Shown: positions 49,787 to 60,050 of the stretch, one piece after another
Position numbering within the stretch: the stretch's first letter is position 1
How the letters are laid out: every line of letters starts with the position of its first letter
Source: an uncultured delta proteobacterium
GTDB taxonomy: Bacteria; Myxococcota; Myxococcia; Myxococcales; Myxococcaceae
Length of the DNA stretch: 64,000 nt
Direction: 5' to 3'
Assembly (NCBI GenBank): GCA_963771175.1
Contig: CAVYSY010000056.1
Location: 1-64,000 of the forward strand
The notes under the pieces: model-generated
Seen by the model: only the letters and a program-made list of their open reading frames with translations
Database searches by the model: none
What the model was told of the DNA's origin: nothing
Translations under genes and position numbers: made by a program

Positions 49787-50986
49787 ATGACCACCACCGA
49801 GCACTCACGGCCGGGGCTGCGCCTCCTGGGCAAGGGAGACTACGCGGCAGCGCTCTCCACCTTCGAGACCATCCTCCAATCGCATCCCACGGACATCGCG
49901 AGCTGGTTCGGACTGGCACAGGCGCAGCTCGCGCTGGGCCAGGGCGAGGCCGCGAGGAAGTCCCTCGCGCGCACGTTGGAGCTCGCGCCCGACCACAGTC
50001 CCGCGCAGACGATGATCGCCGCGCTGGAAGATGACGGGAAGAACCCCGAGGTGCTGAAGCGTCTGGCCCGCCTGGCCAGTCCCCCGGGCGCTGGCTTCCT
50101 GGAGCACTACTCCTACGCACAGGCCCTGCTGCGCCGGGGCCAGGACTCCGAGGCGTCCAAGGAGCTGCGCGCGGCACTCGCCATCAACCCCGAGAGCCCG
50201 CAGGCCCTGGTGGACCTGGGGCAGCTCGCCATGCGCCAGGGCCGTGCGGATCGCGCCAGCGAGGCATTCCGTCTGGCGAGCGGACTGGCGCCCCGGGAGT
50301 GGAGGCCCCAGCTCCTGTACTCCCGTGCGCTCATGGCCCTGAACGAGTTCGACATGGCGATGAACGTGCTGACCAGCGCGGTGGCCGGTCACCCGCGCGA
50401 GGTTCCCCTGCTGCAGGCGCTCTACGACTGCGCCCTCATGCTGGGCCGGACCCAGAAGGCCATCGACGTGACGCACACGCTCGAGGAGCTCCAGCCCGGG
50501 GACGCCAACCCCGTGTACCAGCGGGGCGTGGCGCTCATCACCCTGGGCAAGCCGGACGAGGCCGCCGTGGCCCTCGAGGAAGCCATGAAGCGCGCCCCCG
50601 CCGCGCTCGAGCCCCGGTACGCGCTCGCGAAGGTTCGCACGCTGCAGGGCCGGGAGGCGGAAGCGCTCTCGATGCTGGAGGAGCTCCACCGCACCGCGCC
50701 GCGACTCCTGGACCCCGGCCTCGACCTGTCGCGCCTGTACCTGGCGGCGGATCGGTCCGCCGACGCGGAGCGCGTGCTGCGCATGCTGCTGGAGCAGAAC
50801 CCGGACGAGCCCCGGGTGAACCTCAACCTCGCGCTGGCCGCCTTCAAGCAGGGCCGTGGGGCGGAGGCCAGGGATGCGCTCGCGCGCGTCAATGCCCATG
50901 GCAACGCGGAGCTGCGGGAGCAGGCCCGGAAGCTGGAGGCGCGGATTTCGGGCGCCCCCATCCAGCCGCCCTCGGGCCGGGGCTGA
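49787..50986 (+). CDS. tetratricopeptide repeat protein
   Basis: Many 34-aa helical repeats (A...L..AL.L.P). Confidence 0.88.
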   Translation: MTTTEHSRPGLRLLGKGDYAAALSTFETILQSHPTDIASWFGLAQAQLALGQGEAARKSLARTLELAPDHSPAQTMIAALEDDGKNPEVLKRLARLASPPGAGFLEHYSYAQALLRRGQDSEASKELRAALAINPESPQALVDLGQLAMRQGRADRASEAFRLASGLAPREWRPQLLYSRALMALNEFDMAMNVLTSAVAGHPREVPLLQALYDCALMLGRTQKAIDVTHTLEELQPGDANPVYQRGVALITLGKPDEAAVALEEAMKRAPAALEPRYALAKVRTLQGREAEALSMLEELHRTAPRLLDPGLDLSRLYLAADRSADAERVLRMLLEQNPDEPRVNLNLALAAFKQGRGAEARDALARVNAHGNAELREQARKLEARISGAPIQPPSGRG

Positions 50987-51013
50987 GTCACTCCAGGCCG
51001 TGGCGGGGAGTGT

Positions 51014-52537
51014 CTACCCCGCCGCGTTCCCGTGCTGGGCAGTGAGCGTGCGCCGGTCCACCTTGCCGGCGCTGGTGCGCACCAGGGCCTCCAGGAAGCG
51101 GACGGAGCGGGGCTGCTTGTAGCGGGCGAGTCGGCCCTGGCAGAACTCGAGCAGCCTCGCCTCGGTGAGGTCCGCCCCGGGCCGGGCCACCACGAGCGCG
51201 CGAGGCACCTCGCCCCACTTGGGGTCGGGCACGCCAATCACACACACCTCGGCGACCTCGGGGTGCGCGGCGAGCACGTTCTCCACCTCGGAGGGGTAGA
51301 TGTTCTCTCCACCGGAGATGATGAGGTCCTTGCTCCGGCCGACGATGGTGAAGCACCCGTCCGCGTCGCGCCGCGCGAGGTCCCCGGTGTGGAGCCACCC
51401 GCCCGCGAAGGTCTTCGCCGTCTCCTCGGGGCGTCGCCAGTAACCGGCGCACAGGTGCGGCCCGCGCAAGAGCAACTCCCCCTCCTCTCCATCCCCCTCG
51501 ATGCGCGCCTCGATGTGGAAGAGGGGCACGCCGACGGCGCCGGGCTTGCGGCGCGTGTCCTCGGGGGGCAGGCAGAAGTTGTTGGGCCCGGCCTCGGTGA
51601 GGCCATAGCCGGTCTTGAAGTCCACGCCCCGGGCGAAGAAGCGCTCGAAGACGGGGAGCGGGCACGGGGCGCCACCACTGATGACGAGCTTGAGCCGCGA
51701 GAAGTCCACCGAGTCGAAGCGCGGGTGGCGCTGCATCTCGATGAACATGGTGGGCACGCCGAAGAAGAGGTTGATGGCGCCGCGGTGGACGAGCTCGAAG
51801 ACCTGCTCCACGGAGAAGGAGCGGCAGACGATGGTGACACCTCCCACGTAGACGAGGGGCGTGGTGAAGACGTTGAGGCCGCCGGTGTGGAAGAGGGGCG
51901 CGTTGAGGAGCGTGGTGTCGTCGGCGGTGAGGCCCCAACTGATGACGGTGTTGGCGGCGTTCGCGGTGATGGAGCGGTGGGTGAGGATGGCCGCCTTGGG
52001 GGTGCCGGTGCTGCCGCCGGTGTAGCAGAGCACCCAGGGGTCCTCGGGCTCGATGTCCACGGAGGGCAGCGGCGCGTCCGAGAGGGAGTCGCGGCGGCTG
52101 AACGGAATGTCCTCGGAGCGGCGCGCGGGCGAGTCCTCCAGGGGAACGACGTGGCGCACGCTGGAGGCGAGCGAGCGGACGGAGTCGACCTGGGCCTGGA
52201 AGTCGGGGCCGTGGACGAGGACGACGGGCTCGGCGTCGGCGAGGAGGGCGGCGAGCTCGGAGGAGCTGAGGCGCCAGTTGAGGGGCTGGAGGATGGCGCC
52301 GAGCTTGCCGCAGGCGAAGAGGAGATCGAGGAACTCGGTGCAGTTCATCGCGAGCACGGCGACGCGATCGCCGCGCCGGACACCGAGGACGTCCTGGAGG
52401 AGCCGGGCGGTGCGGTTGGCGGAGGCATTCCACTCGCGCCAGGAGATGCGGCGGTCACCGCGGATGGCGTCGATGAGGGCGGTGCGCTCGGGGGCGAGCG
52501 AGGCCCGACGGGCGAGCCAGTCGTGGACGATGGGCAC
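51014..52537 (-). CDS. acyl-CoA synthetase (AMP-binding)
   Basis: YTGGSTGTPK, GYGLTEAGP, WLHTGD, GRSKDLIISGGENIYP, GKVDR. Confidence 0.93.
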   Translation of the reverse strand: MPIVHDWLARRASLAPERTALIDAIRGDRRISWREWNASANRTARLLQDVLGVRRGDRVAVLAMNCTEFLDLLFACGKLGAILQPLNWRLSSSELAALLADAEPVVLVHGPDFQAQVDSVRSLASSVRHVVPLEDSPARRSEDIPFSRRDSLSDAPLPSVDIEPEDPWVLCYTGGSTGTPKAAILTHRSITANAANTVISWGLTADDTTLLNAPLFHTGGLNVFTTPLVYVGGVTIVCRSFSVEQVFELVHRGAINLFFGVPTMFIEMQRHPRFDSVDFSRLKLVISGGAPCPLPVFERFFARGVDFKTGYGLTEAGPNNFCLPPEDTRRKPGAVGVPLFHIEARIEGDGEEGELLLRGPHLCAGYWRRPEETAKTFAGGWLHTGDLARRDADGCFTIVGRSKDLIISGGENIYPSEVENVLAAHPEVAEVCVIGVPDPKWGEVPRALVVARPGADLTEARLLEFCQGRLARYKQPRSVRFLEALVRTSAGKVDRRTLTAQHGNAAG

Positions 52538-52683
52538 GAGTCACTCCGGGATGAGGCGAAAGCGTTTGCGGGTTCGACGGTGAGGCTAGACCGGGACCTC
52601 CAGGGAGGGAACCTGGAAGCCCCCGCCCCACCTCACCGGAAGTCCCTGGCCGCGATGACGCTCCACGTCATACCGTCTCTTCG

Positions 52684-54039
52684 ATGCGAAGCCTCACGCT
52701 CAGCCTCGCCCTGCTGCTGACCACGGCCGCCACGGCCACGCCTCCCACTCGGACCGAGCACTCCCCTGCCCGCTCGAAAGCACTGGAGACGGAGCTGCTG
52801 CGAGCGGTGCGCGAGGTGGGCTTCGACCGGGTGCTGGACTGGAGACACAAGGGCAAGCGCATCGCGCACATGCCGAACGTGGACGTGGCGGTCATCGAAC
52901 TGGACGCGGAGGGGCGCCCGGTGGCGGCGGCGGACGTGCTGGTGTCGAGGGACTACCCGAAGGGCCGGGCGGTGCCCATCGACCCGGAGACGCTGGGGAC
53001 GCGGGCGGTGCGCTTCACGAAGTGGGACCTGGACCGCTGGGACGACAAGAAGGGGTGGGCGGACGCGCCTGCCGAGGACGACCTGGCGCCCGGACGCGCG
53101 AAGGCGCCACTGCGCTTCATGGCGCCCTACCCGGCCTCGCTGTTCAAGATTCTCATCGCCTACCGGGTGATGCGGCTGGTGGACCGGGGCGAGCTGACAC
53201 TGGACACGCCGTACCGCTTCCTCCGGGACACGGAGGACAAGGGCGAGCGCCCGCTGCGGGGCTGGCTGGAGCCGATGATCGTCGAGTCGAACAACACGGC
53301 GACGGAAGCGCTGGTGAAGCTGCTGCACGAGCGGGGGGCGATGGAGGGGCTGAACGCGGAGTTCGCGGCACTCGGACTGCGGACGCTGCAGGTGAACGGG
53401 ACCTCGCCGGTGACGGGGAGGAACTGGCAGCCGGGGAGCCTGCACATGACGGCGTTGGACACGGCGCGGCTGTTCCTGCTCATCGAGGGAGGACCGGGGG
53501 TGCTGTGGAGGACGCCGGAGGGGCGGACGGTGACGGCGGGCGAGCTGTCGGAGCCGGCGCGGCGCTTCCTGAAGAAGCTGCTGGCGGACCAGGGCTACGC
53601 GGAGGGGCTGAGCTCGACGCTGGTGTGCGGAGACCCGAACGCGCGGCCGGGGATACCCACGGCGGTGCCGACGAGGTGGCTGGCGGCGGACGGGACGGCG
53701 ACGGTGGGAGAGACGGCGTTCAAGCGGGACACGCGGCCATGCAACGCGGCGGCGGAGGTGGAGTTCCTGCACAAGACGGGGCAGACGGAGAACTACGGGA
53801 GCGACGCGGGCATCGTGCGAGCGCTGCCGGGCAAGGAGCCGAGGCACTACGTCATCGCGTTCCTGTCGAACCTGGGCTACCGCTACTACGACGAGGGAGT
53901 AGCGGGCACGGCGAACTTCTCGGACGAGGAGAACGGCTTCCCCGGGACGGTGACGGCGATCGGCTTCACGCAGAGCATCGCGGAGCTGGGCCGCCGGGTG
54001 GACGAGGCGATGAAGCAGCGGGGCATCGTGAGGCGGTAG
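52684..54039 (+). CDS. secreted serine hydrolase, class A beta-lactamase-like fold
   Basis: SxxK (ASLFK), SxN (ESNN), KTG; signal peptide. Confidence 0.85.
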   Translation: MRSLTLSLALLLTTAATATPPTRTEHSPARSKALETELLRAVREVGFDRVLDWRHKGKRIAHMPNVDVAVIELDAEGRPVAAADVLVSRDYPKGRAVPIDPETLGTRAVRFTKWDLDRWDDKKGWADAPAEDDLAPGRAKAPLRFMAPYPASLFKILIAYRVMRLVDRGELTLDTPYRFLRDTEDKGERPLRGWLEPMIVESNNTATEALVKLLHERGAMEGLNAEFAALGLRTLQVNGTSPVTGRNWQPGSLHMTALDTARLFLLIEGGPGVLWRTPEGRTVTAGELSEPARRFLKKLLADQGYAEGLSSTLVCGDPNARPGIPTAVPTRWLAADGTATVGETAFKRDTRPCNAAAEVEFLHKTGQTENYGSDAGIVRALPGKEPRHYVIAFLSNLGYRYYDEGVAGTANFSDEENGFPGTVTAIGFTQSIAELGRRVDEAMKQRGIVRR

Positions 54040-54212
54040 CTCCGCCCAGAGAGACTCCCATCCACGGAGCGAGCCCCTCCTCGCCGGCCTCGCTCCTGCT
54101 GTCCTGCCTGGGCATCAAGGATGCAGGGGAGCGCGTGCCGGCCAGGAGCTGCCCACCGCCCAACGTAGACAGCCTCCCTCGCCGGAAGAGCACCGGCAGG
54201 TTCCAGCTCAAC

Positions 54213-54266
54213 ACATGACGTCATGTTGAAACTGGGAGAAAGAGGCTATATTGACGTGACATCAAT
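54213..54266. promoter_or_regulatory. palindromic operators of the TA operon
   Basis: Perfect ACATGACGTCATGT (54213-54226) and imperfect ATTGACGT-G-ACATCAAT (54250-54266) bracket TTGAAA...TATATT. Confidence 0.55.
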
Positions 54267-54555
54267 CCATGAGCCCACCAGGGCATTGGACGCCAACGCA
54301 GCACGCAAGCGCATTTCGGCCCTGCTGAAGGGCGGTCAGCTCCTCTACACCCACCATGCACGAGAGGAGATGGAGAAGGACGACCTCAGGGAGGTCGACG
54401 TGACGAACGTGCTGCGCGGCGGGCACATCACCGAGCCCGCGGAGAAGGAGAAGGGCACCTGGCGATACCGCGTGCATACCAACACCATCTGGGTGGTCGT
54501 GGCGTTTCGGAGCGAAACGGAGTTGGTCGTCGTGACGGTCTGGAGGAAGCGATGA
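54256..54555 (+). CDS. DUF4258 (RelE/BrnT-like) toxin
   Basis: YTHHAREEM..D.L...DV.NVL..G, WRYRV, LVVVTVW. Start uncertain. Confidence 0.8.
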   Translation: MTSIHEPTRALDANAARKRISALLKGGQLLYTHHAREEMEKDDLREVDVTNVLRGGHITEPAEKEKGTWRYRVHTNTIWVVVAFRSETELVVVTVWRKR

Positions 54556-55043
54556 AGTGCTTGCAGTGCGGAGGGAAGATGACGATCCGTGAGGAAACGC
54601 GCCGCGCCTATTCGGGGCTGGAGGGCGTCATCATCGAGGGAGTCCAGATCCGCCACTGCCCAGACTGCGGCGAAGAGGAGGTGGGCTACTCGAACGTCGA
54701 GCAACTCCACGCGCAGCTCGCACTCCAGCTCGCGAGCAAGAAGGCGGCGCTTACACCGAGCGAGATCCGCTTCCTGCGCACCTGGCTGGGCCTTTCGAGT
54801 ACCGACCTCGCGAAACGAATGGGCGTGGCCAAGGAGACGGTGTCCCGCTGGGAGCGGGTCGCCAGGCCGCTCGCCATGGGAGCAACGGCGGAGAGACTGC
54901 TCCGGCTGATGGCGATGCATGAGCAGCCCGTGGAGGAGTACCCACTCGAGCGGCTCGAGCACGTCGCCACCTCGAAACCGACACCGCTCCGCGTGCGCCT
55001 CAAACCGCGCAAGCAGGGCTGGACGGCCGAGGTCACCGCGTAG
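54552..55043 (+). CDS. MqsA-type antitoxin (YgiT zinc finger + XRE HTH)
   Basis: MKCLQCGG...CPDCGE; EIRFLR..LGLS..DLAKRMGV..ETVSRWE; ATGA overlap with the toxin. Confidence 0.9.
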   Translation: MKCLQCGGKMTIREETRRAYSGLEGVIIEGVQIRHCPDCGEEEVGYSNVEQLHAQLALQLASKKAALTPSEIRFLRTWLGLSSTDLAKRMGVAKETVSRWERVARPLAMGATAERLLRLMAMHEQPVEEYPLERLEHVATSKPTPLRVRLKPRKQGWTAEVTA

Positions 55044-55076
55044 CCCAGCATCCGGCGCGAGGCACTCCCCCGCCCC

Positions 55077-56108
55077 TCACGGCACCAGCACGAGCTTGCC
55101 CACGGTGGAGCCGGACTCCAGCGCACGGTGCGCATCGGCGACGCGGTCGAGCGGGAAGCGCGTCACGGGCGGCGCGATGATGCGGCCCTCGTCCACCCAG
55201 GCGAGCAGCCGGCCCATGCTCTCGGTGAGCACCTCGCGCTGCTCGAAGAGGTAGGAGAGGTTGAAGGCCATGACGCTCGCGTTCTCGTTGGTGAGCGAGA
55301 GCGGGTCGAAGCGCGGGGTGCGCAGGAAGTCCGCGGCGAGCTTCACCCAGTTCGGTCTCCCTCCCTGGCGCGGCAGCATGGAGTGGAAGCCGTAGATGAC
55401 GAGCTTGCCGGGCCGGGCGAGGTGCCGGTAGCTCTCGCGCAGCGTGGACACTCCGTTGGCGTCGAGCACCACGTCATAGCCCCGAGGAGCGGCCTGCTCG
55501 GCGGCGCGCCAGAGGTCCTCGCGGCTCTTGTCGATGACGACCTCCGCACCGAGCGTGCGCGCGGTCTCCACCTTGTGGCTGGAACCCACGACGCCCACGG
55601 TGCGGCAGCCGGCGATGCGCCCCAGTTGCAGCAGCGCCCCGCCCACGCCGCCCGCCGCCGAGTGCACGAGCAACGTGTTCCCCGGGCGCGGGTGGGCCAA
55701 TTCGAAGAGGGCGTAGTACGCGGTGAGGAAGACGGTGGGAAAGCCAGCGCCCTGGGCCATGTCGAAGCGCGCGGGCAGGGGGAACACCTGATGGCGAGGC
55801 ACGGCCACATGGGTGGAGTAGCCCCCGAAGCGCGTGACGCCGAGCACCTTCGTGCCCGGAGCCATGTCCGTAACAGCCGAGCCCACCGAGGTGACGGTGC
55901 CGGCGAACTCGAAGCCGGGGGTGATGGGCCAGCCGACGTACTCCTTGGCCGAGGCATACAGCCCCATGCGGATGACACAGTCAGCGTAGTTGACGCCGAT
56001 GGCCTCCGTGGTGACGACCACCTCGTCGGGAGCGGGAGTGGGGTCGGGCTGGGTCTCGAGGGTGAGCCGGTCGTAACCGCCGGCACGGGGGATGACCACC
56101 TTGCGCAT
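55077..56108 (-). CDS. MDR family (VAT-1/quinone reductase-like) oxidoreductase
   Basis: GVNYAD...R.G.Y, PGFEFAG, HSAAGGVG, GKLVL. Confidence 0.9.
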   Translation of the reverse strand: MRKVVIPRAGGYDRLTLETQPDPTPAPDEVVVTTEAIGVNYADCVIRMGLYASAKEYVGWPITPGFEFAGTVTSVGSAVTDMAPGTKVLGVTRFGGYSTHVAVPRHQVFPLPARFDMAQGAGFPTVFLTAYYALFELAHPRPGNTLLVHSAAGGVGGALLQLGRIAGCRTVGVVGSSHKVETARTLGAEVVIDKSREDLWRAAEQAAPRGYDVVLDANGVSTLRESYRHLARPGKLVIYGFHSMLPRQGGRPNWVKLAADFLRTPRFDPLSLTNENASVMAFNLSYLFEQREVLTESMGRLLAWVDEGRIIAPPVTRFPLDRVADAHRALESGSTVGKLVLVP

Positions 56109-56237
56109 GCTCCCCACATACACCCCGGCGAGCCTCATGGCGCGCACCACCCCGAACGTCTATCCTCGGCCCGCCCCTGCGCCCCGGTTCTTCCGAAGTC
56201 GCGATCCCCTCCAGCGGGCCACATTGGGAGTGAATGG

Positions 56238-57521
56238 ATGAAGCTGAAGAGCAGCTACAAGCTCGGCCTGGCCCTGATCCTCTGCTACCTGGTCGCCTGG
56301 CTGGACCGGATGACCATCAGCATGACCCTGCCCTTCATGGCGAAGGACCTGGCGATTGAGCCCGGGCAGCAGGGGATGATCGGCAGCGCCTTCTTCCTGG
56401 GCTACGCGCTGTGCCAGATCCCCGGCGGCCTGCTGGCCGACCGCTTCGGCTCGCGCCGCGTCATCCTCGTGGCCCTGGCCTGGTGGTCGATCTTCACCGC
56501 GCTCACGGGCGCCGTGTCCGACCTCACCGGCATGCTGGTGGTGCGCTTCCTCTTCGGCATCGGCGAGGGCATCTTCCCCGCCGCGGTGTGGAAGGTCATC
56601 GGCCAGTGGTTCTCCAAGAAGAACCGTGCCACGGCCAACGCCCTCATCCTCTCCTCCATCGCGCTGGGGCCGGCCATCACTCCCCTCATCATGCGCCCGC
56701 TGCTGGAGAGCTTCGGCTGGCGCTACAGCTTCTTCGTTCTCGGCGGGGGTGGAGTGCTCTGCCTGGTGGCGGCCTTCCTCACCATCACCAACTCCATCCA
56801 CGAGAACCCGAACGTCTCCCGTGAGGAGCTCGAGGAGTTCGAGCGCGACACGAAGTCCCAGGCCGCCAACGCCGAGCGCTCCCTGGAGCCCGTCGGCTTC
56901 CTCGACCTGCTGCGCTCGCCCATCATCTGGGTGCTCTTCTTCATCGCCCTCGTCTACAACCTCACCATGTATGGCTGGCTGACGTGGCTGCCCACCTACC
57001 TGATGAAGGCGAAGGGGTTGGACCTGAAGAGCATGGCCTGGGCCGCCTCGCTGCCCTTCTGGTTCGGCACCCTGGGCGTCGTGCTGGGCGGGTACGTGTC
57101 GGACCGCTGGTTCCGCGGCCGGCGCAAGTTCCTGGTCTTCGGCTGCATGACGGTGGGAGGCATCTTCCTCTTCCTGTTCACCACCGTCTCCAGCCCCACG
57201 GCGTACACGCTCCTGCAGTGCGCGGCGGCGATCCTCCTCTACATGGCCTCGGGCGCCATCTGGGCCATGCCCATGATTCTCCTCCCGCCCAAGGTGATGG
57301 GCCCCGGCTCGGGCTTCATCAACTCCGGCGGGCAGATTGGCGGCGTGCTCACCAGCTCCCTCATCGGCTACGCCATCCAGCTGCGCGGCAACGACTACTC
57401 GGCCGTGTTCGACGTCATGCTGGGCGCGCTGGTGGTGGCGGCGCTGCTGGTGCTGGTGGGCATCCGCGAGCAGCCGCCCGCCGCGGCGCCCGCCCCGGTG
57501 GCCGCTGGGACGAACTCCTGA
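56238..57521 (+). CDS. MFS transporter (ACS-like)
   Basis: WLDR, GGLLADRFGSRR motif A, RFLFGIGE; about 12 TM. Confidence 0.92.
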   Translation: MKLKSSYKLGLALILCYLVAWLDRMTISMTLPFMAKDLAIEPGQQGMIGSAFFLGYALCQIPGGLLADRFGSRRVILVALAWWSIFTALTGAVSDLTGMLVVRFLFGIGEGIFPAAVWKVIGQWFSKKNRATANALILSSIALGPAITPLIMRPLLESFGWRYSFFVLGGGGVLCLVAAFLTITNSIHENPNVSREELEEFERDTKSQAANAERSLEPVGFLDLLRSPIIWVLFFIALVYNLTMYGWLTWLPTYLMKAKGLDLKSMAWAASLPFWFGTLGVVLGGYVSDRWFRGRRKFLVFGCMTVGGIFLFLFTTVSSPTAYTLLQCAAAILLYMASGAIWAMPMILLPPKVMGPGSGFINSGGQIGGVLTSSLIGYAIQLRGNDYSAVFDVMLGALVVAALLVLVGIREQPPAAAPAPVAAGTNS

Positions 57522-57534
57522 GTTCGACTTCGAT

Positions 57535-58452
57535 TCACGGGCTGCTCAACGGATGCTGAGCACCTGCTGGCACGCCTGGGGCAACAGCCGTGAGGGCTTC
57601 CCCGCGACGCACGAGAATGACGGTCGGCATGCCGCGCACCACCGCACCCGCGAAGTACGCTTCCCTCCGTTCACTCGAGTCGAGCATGCGCAGGTACGCG
57701 CACTCCGTCCTGGCGCCGTCGATGGCGCAGGGAAGGCGCGACTCCATGTAGCTCGCCCGGGGGACGTCCTTGAACGTCAGCATTCCCTCCCGCACGGAGT
57801 CCCGCAGGCGGGAGGCGTCGGGGAGCCGGGTCCAGTCGAGCCGTGAGCCGTCGCTGCACTCAATCCGGCCGCGGCCATGCTCCGCCGTGAGGTTGCACCC
57901 GTCGGGCACGACGAGTTCCCGGCCCGCGAGCGCGGCATCCGATTGCGCCACGGCCACTCCCTCCTCGGGGAGGGCCCTCCACGGTTGAGCCGCGAGCTGC
58001 TCCAGCACCCGCCCACAGAGGGCCTGCAACTCCGGCGTGCCGCGGGCCTTGCAGAGGACCCGCCGCGCCCCCTTCCCTTTCACCGGCACGATGGCGAACA
58101 CCGACGCCTCCTGCGTCTCGGGCGCCTTCGCGCGCAGGTGCAGGAGGCGCACCTTGCGGCCCGCCAGCGTGGACTTCACCGCCTTGAACTTCACTCCCCC
58201 CGCGGCCTGTCTCTGGAAGGTGCGGAGGCTGCGCTGCCATAGCCTCTGGGCGGAGATGCCCGCGTGGTCCGAGCTGATGGCACTGTAGTCACCGCATGCG
58301 TAGCTCCACCCCTCAGCGCCGAACGGCTCCGCCGTACAGCCCGCCAGAAGAGACCGCGGGCCCGCGAGGGCGGACAGTGGGCACACCGCCACGCAGAGCA
58401 AAAGGGCCAGGGCCAGCAGGAGACGGAGCGAAGGGGCGCGAATCAAAGGCAC
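57535..58452 (-). CDS. secreted hypothetical protein
   Basis: Signal peptide; several paired Cys. Confidence 0.65.
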   Translation of the reverse strand: MPLIRAPSLRLLLALALLLCVAVCPLSALAGPRSLLAGCTAEPFGAEGWSYACGDYSAISSDHAGISAQRLWQRSLRTFQRQAAGGVKFKAVKSTLAGRKVRLLHLRAKAPETQEASVFAIVPVKGKGARRVLCKARGTPELQALCGRVLEQLAAQPWRALPEEGVAVAQSDAALAGRELVVPDGCNLTAEHGRGRIECSDGSRLDWTRLPDASRLRDSVREGMLTFKDVPRASYMESRLPCAIDGARTECAYLRMLDSSERREAYFAGAVVRGMPTVILVRRGEALTAVAPGVPAGAQHPLSSP

Positions 58453-58567
58453 TCAGTCTATCAGGACATTGCCGCGAGAGAACGCCGGCCCAGCCCCAGG
58501 CTCGCGTCACCTGCATCACCGGCGCCCCTGACCGCCAGGGGAGGGAGTCGGCTCATGCGTCATCATG

Positions 58568-59878
58568 TCAGTACCCTTCCTCGCGTGCGGGCAGGTGCCG
58601 GTGGGGCCGCGGCATCTGCTCTCGCGGTGGACGCGACTCCTGGGCGGATGCCGGAGGGGACTCGCGGCGAGGGTCCGCCAGCAGTCGCTTCACCCCCAGG
58701 ATGAAGGCGCCCGTGAGGAACAGGTTGAGCGACAGGGACAGCAGGGCCACCGTCATCGCCGTGCCACTGATGCCGTACCCCAGGGACACGACGAGCACCC
58801 CGGCGCCGACCTCGCCTCGGGGAAAGAGACAGATGGAAAGGGCCAGCCGCTCGCGCAGGCTCGCCTTCCGGCGATAGCACAGCGCCGGGAACATCTTTCC
58901 CAGGTTGGACAGGAGGGTCACCGCCAGGACATGGAGGGCGATGAGGCCCCAGCCCGGGCTTCCCCCCGCGACGGCACTGGAGCTCGGCTCGGTCTGCGCC
59001 GCTGCCCCTCCCCCACCCAGGACGGGCATCGACAGACCCACGAGCACCATGAAGCAGCCGGCGACGAGGGTGGCGACGCGCTGCTCGATGGGCGCATCGA
59101 GCCCGGGCAACTCGCCCTCCCGCGCGTCGTCCTCGTGCAGGCCGTGCTCGGGATTGGCGATCATGCAGCCCAGGACGAAGGCGGGCAGGAGGACCTCGAA
59201 ATGGACCGCCGCACCGTGCTCCAGGTACCCCGTTCCCAGGTAGATGAGCTCGGAGACGAGCGTGAGCAGCACCGAATAGCCGAGCACCCAGGGCCAGGTA
59301 TACGGAATGTGCCACCGGTGCAGGTACTTCCACCCCGCCCAGAGGAGCAGGACGCTGAGGGCGATGACCCCCGCGAGCTGCCAGCGAAATCCGACGAGCA
59401 GGACCGTGAGCGGCACCATGAGGAGGATGGTGTCGAGGTCGTCGAAGATGGCGAGGATGCGGGCCTTGTGGAACACCCACGTCGCGCCCAGACCCGCCGC
59501 GGCCAGCATGGAGAAGAGCACCCCGGCACTCGTCGGCGCGGCGAACCGCCCCTGGAGCAGCGCCTCCTTCCACAGGGTGAACTGTCCCCAGAATTCGGGG
59601 GGCGCCAGGACGAAGACGAAGTAGAGCGTGACGAAGAGCCAGGGGAAGGTGGCCGCGGTGGCGGCCACCACGTAGTCCCAGCCGTACTGGCGCATGTTCG
59701 ACTTATCCAGGTCGAACTCCTGCCCGACGTGAATCATGATGAAGGCCAGCCCCACCATGGTGAGCAGCCGGATGACGTACGTCAGCGGCTCGTAGACATC
59801 TGGCCCGACCGCTGGAAGCGCCTGGGAAGCCACCAGTCCTCCCAAGAGGAGGACGGAATAGATGAGAACCTTGCGCAT
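58568..59878 (-). CDS. cation:proton antiporter-like membrane protein
   Basis: About 12 TM; APTSAG, AIFDDLD, PRGEVG motifs. Confidence 0.85.
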   Translation of the reverse strand: MRKVLIYSVLLLGGLVASQALPAVGPDVYEPLTYVIRLLTMVGLAFIMIHVGQEFDLDKSNMRQYGWDYVVAATAATFPWLFVTLYFVFVLAPPEFWGQFTLWKEALLQGRFAAPTSAGVLFSMLAAAGLGATWVFHKARILAIFDDLDTILLMVPLTVLLVGFRWQLAGVIALSVLLLWAGWKYLHRWHIPYTWPWVLGYSVLLTLVSELIYLGTGYLEHGAAVHFEVLLPAFVLGCMIANPEHGLHEDDAREGELPGLDAPIEQRVATLVAGCFMVLVGLSMPVLGGGGAAAQTEPSSSAVAGGSPGWGLIALHVLAVTLLSNLGKMFPALCYRRKASLRERLALSICLFPRGEVGAGVLVVSLGYGISGTAMTVALLSLSLNLFLTGAFILGVKRLLADPRRESPPASAQESRPPREQMPRPHRHLPAREEGY

Positions 59879-60050
59879 TGCCGACCCCCTGTTGACCCCT
59901 CTTGAATGAAGGTAGGGGACAGGTCGGCCCGAATCAGTGCTGCTGCTCCATCCCTTGCCAGTCCGCGGGGCGGGGACCTTTTCATCCCTGGGCTGGCCCC
60001 CTCCTCAGCCCAGGGAGCGGGCAAGTGGGGAGCCCCCTGTCACGAGGGAG

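Noticed and set aside
51032..52720. Long antisense and alternate-frame ORFs (e.g. 562 aa here, 555 aa at 33245-34912, 446 aa at 58565-59905)
   Set aside because: These are shadow ORFs typical of about 70% GC DNA, lying opposite well-supported genes and carrying no recognisable motifs.
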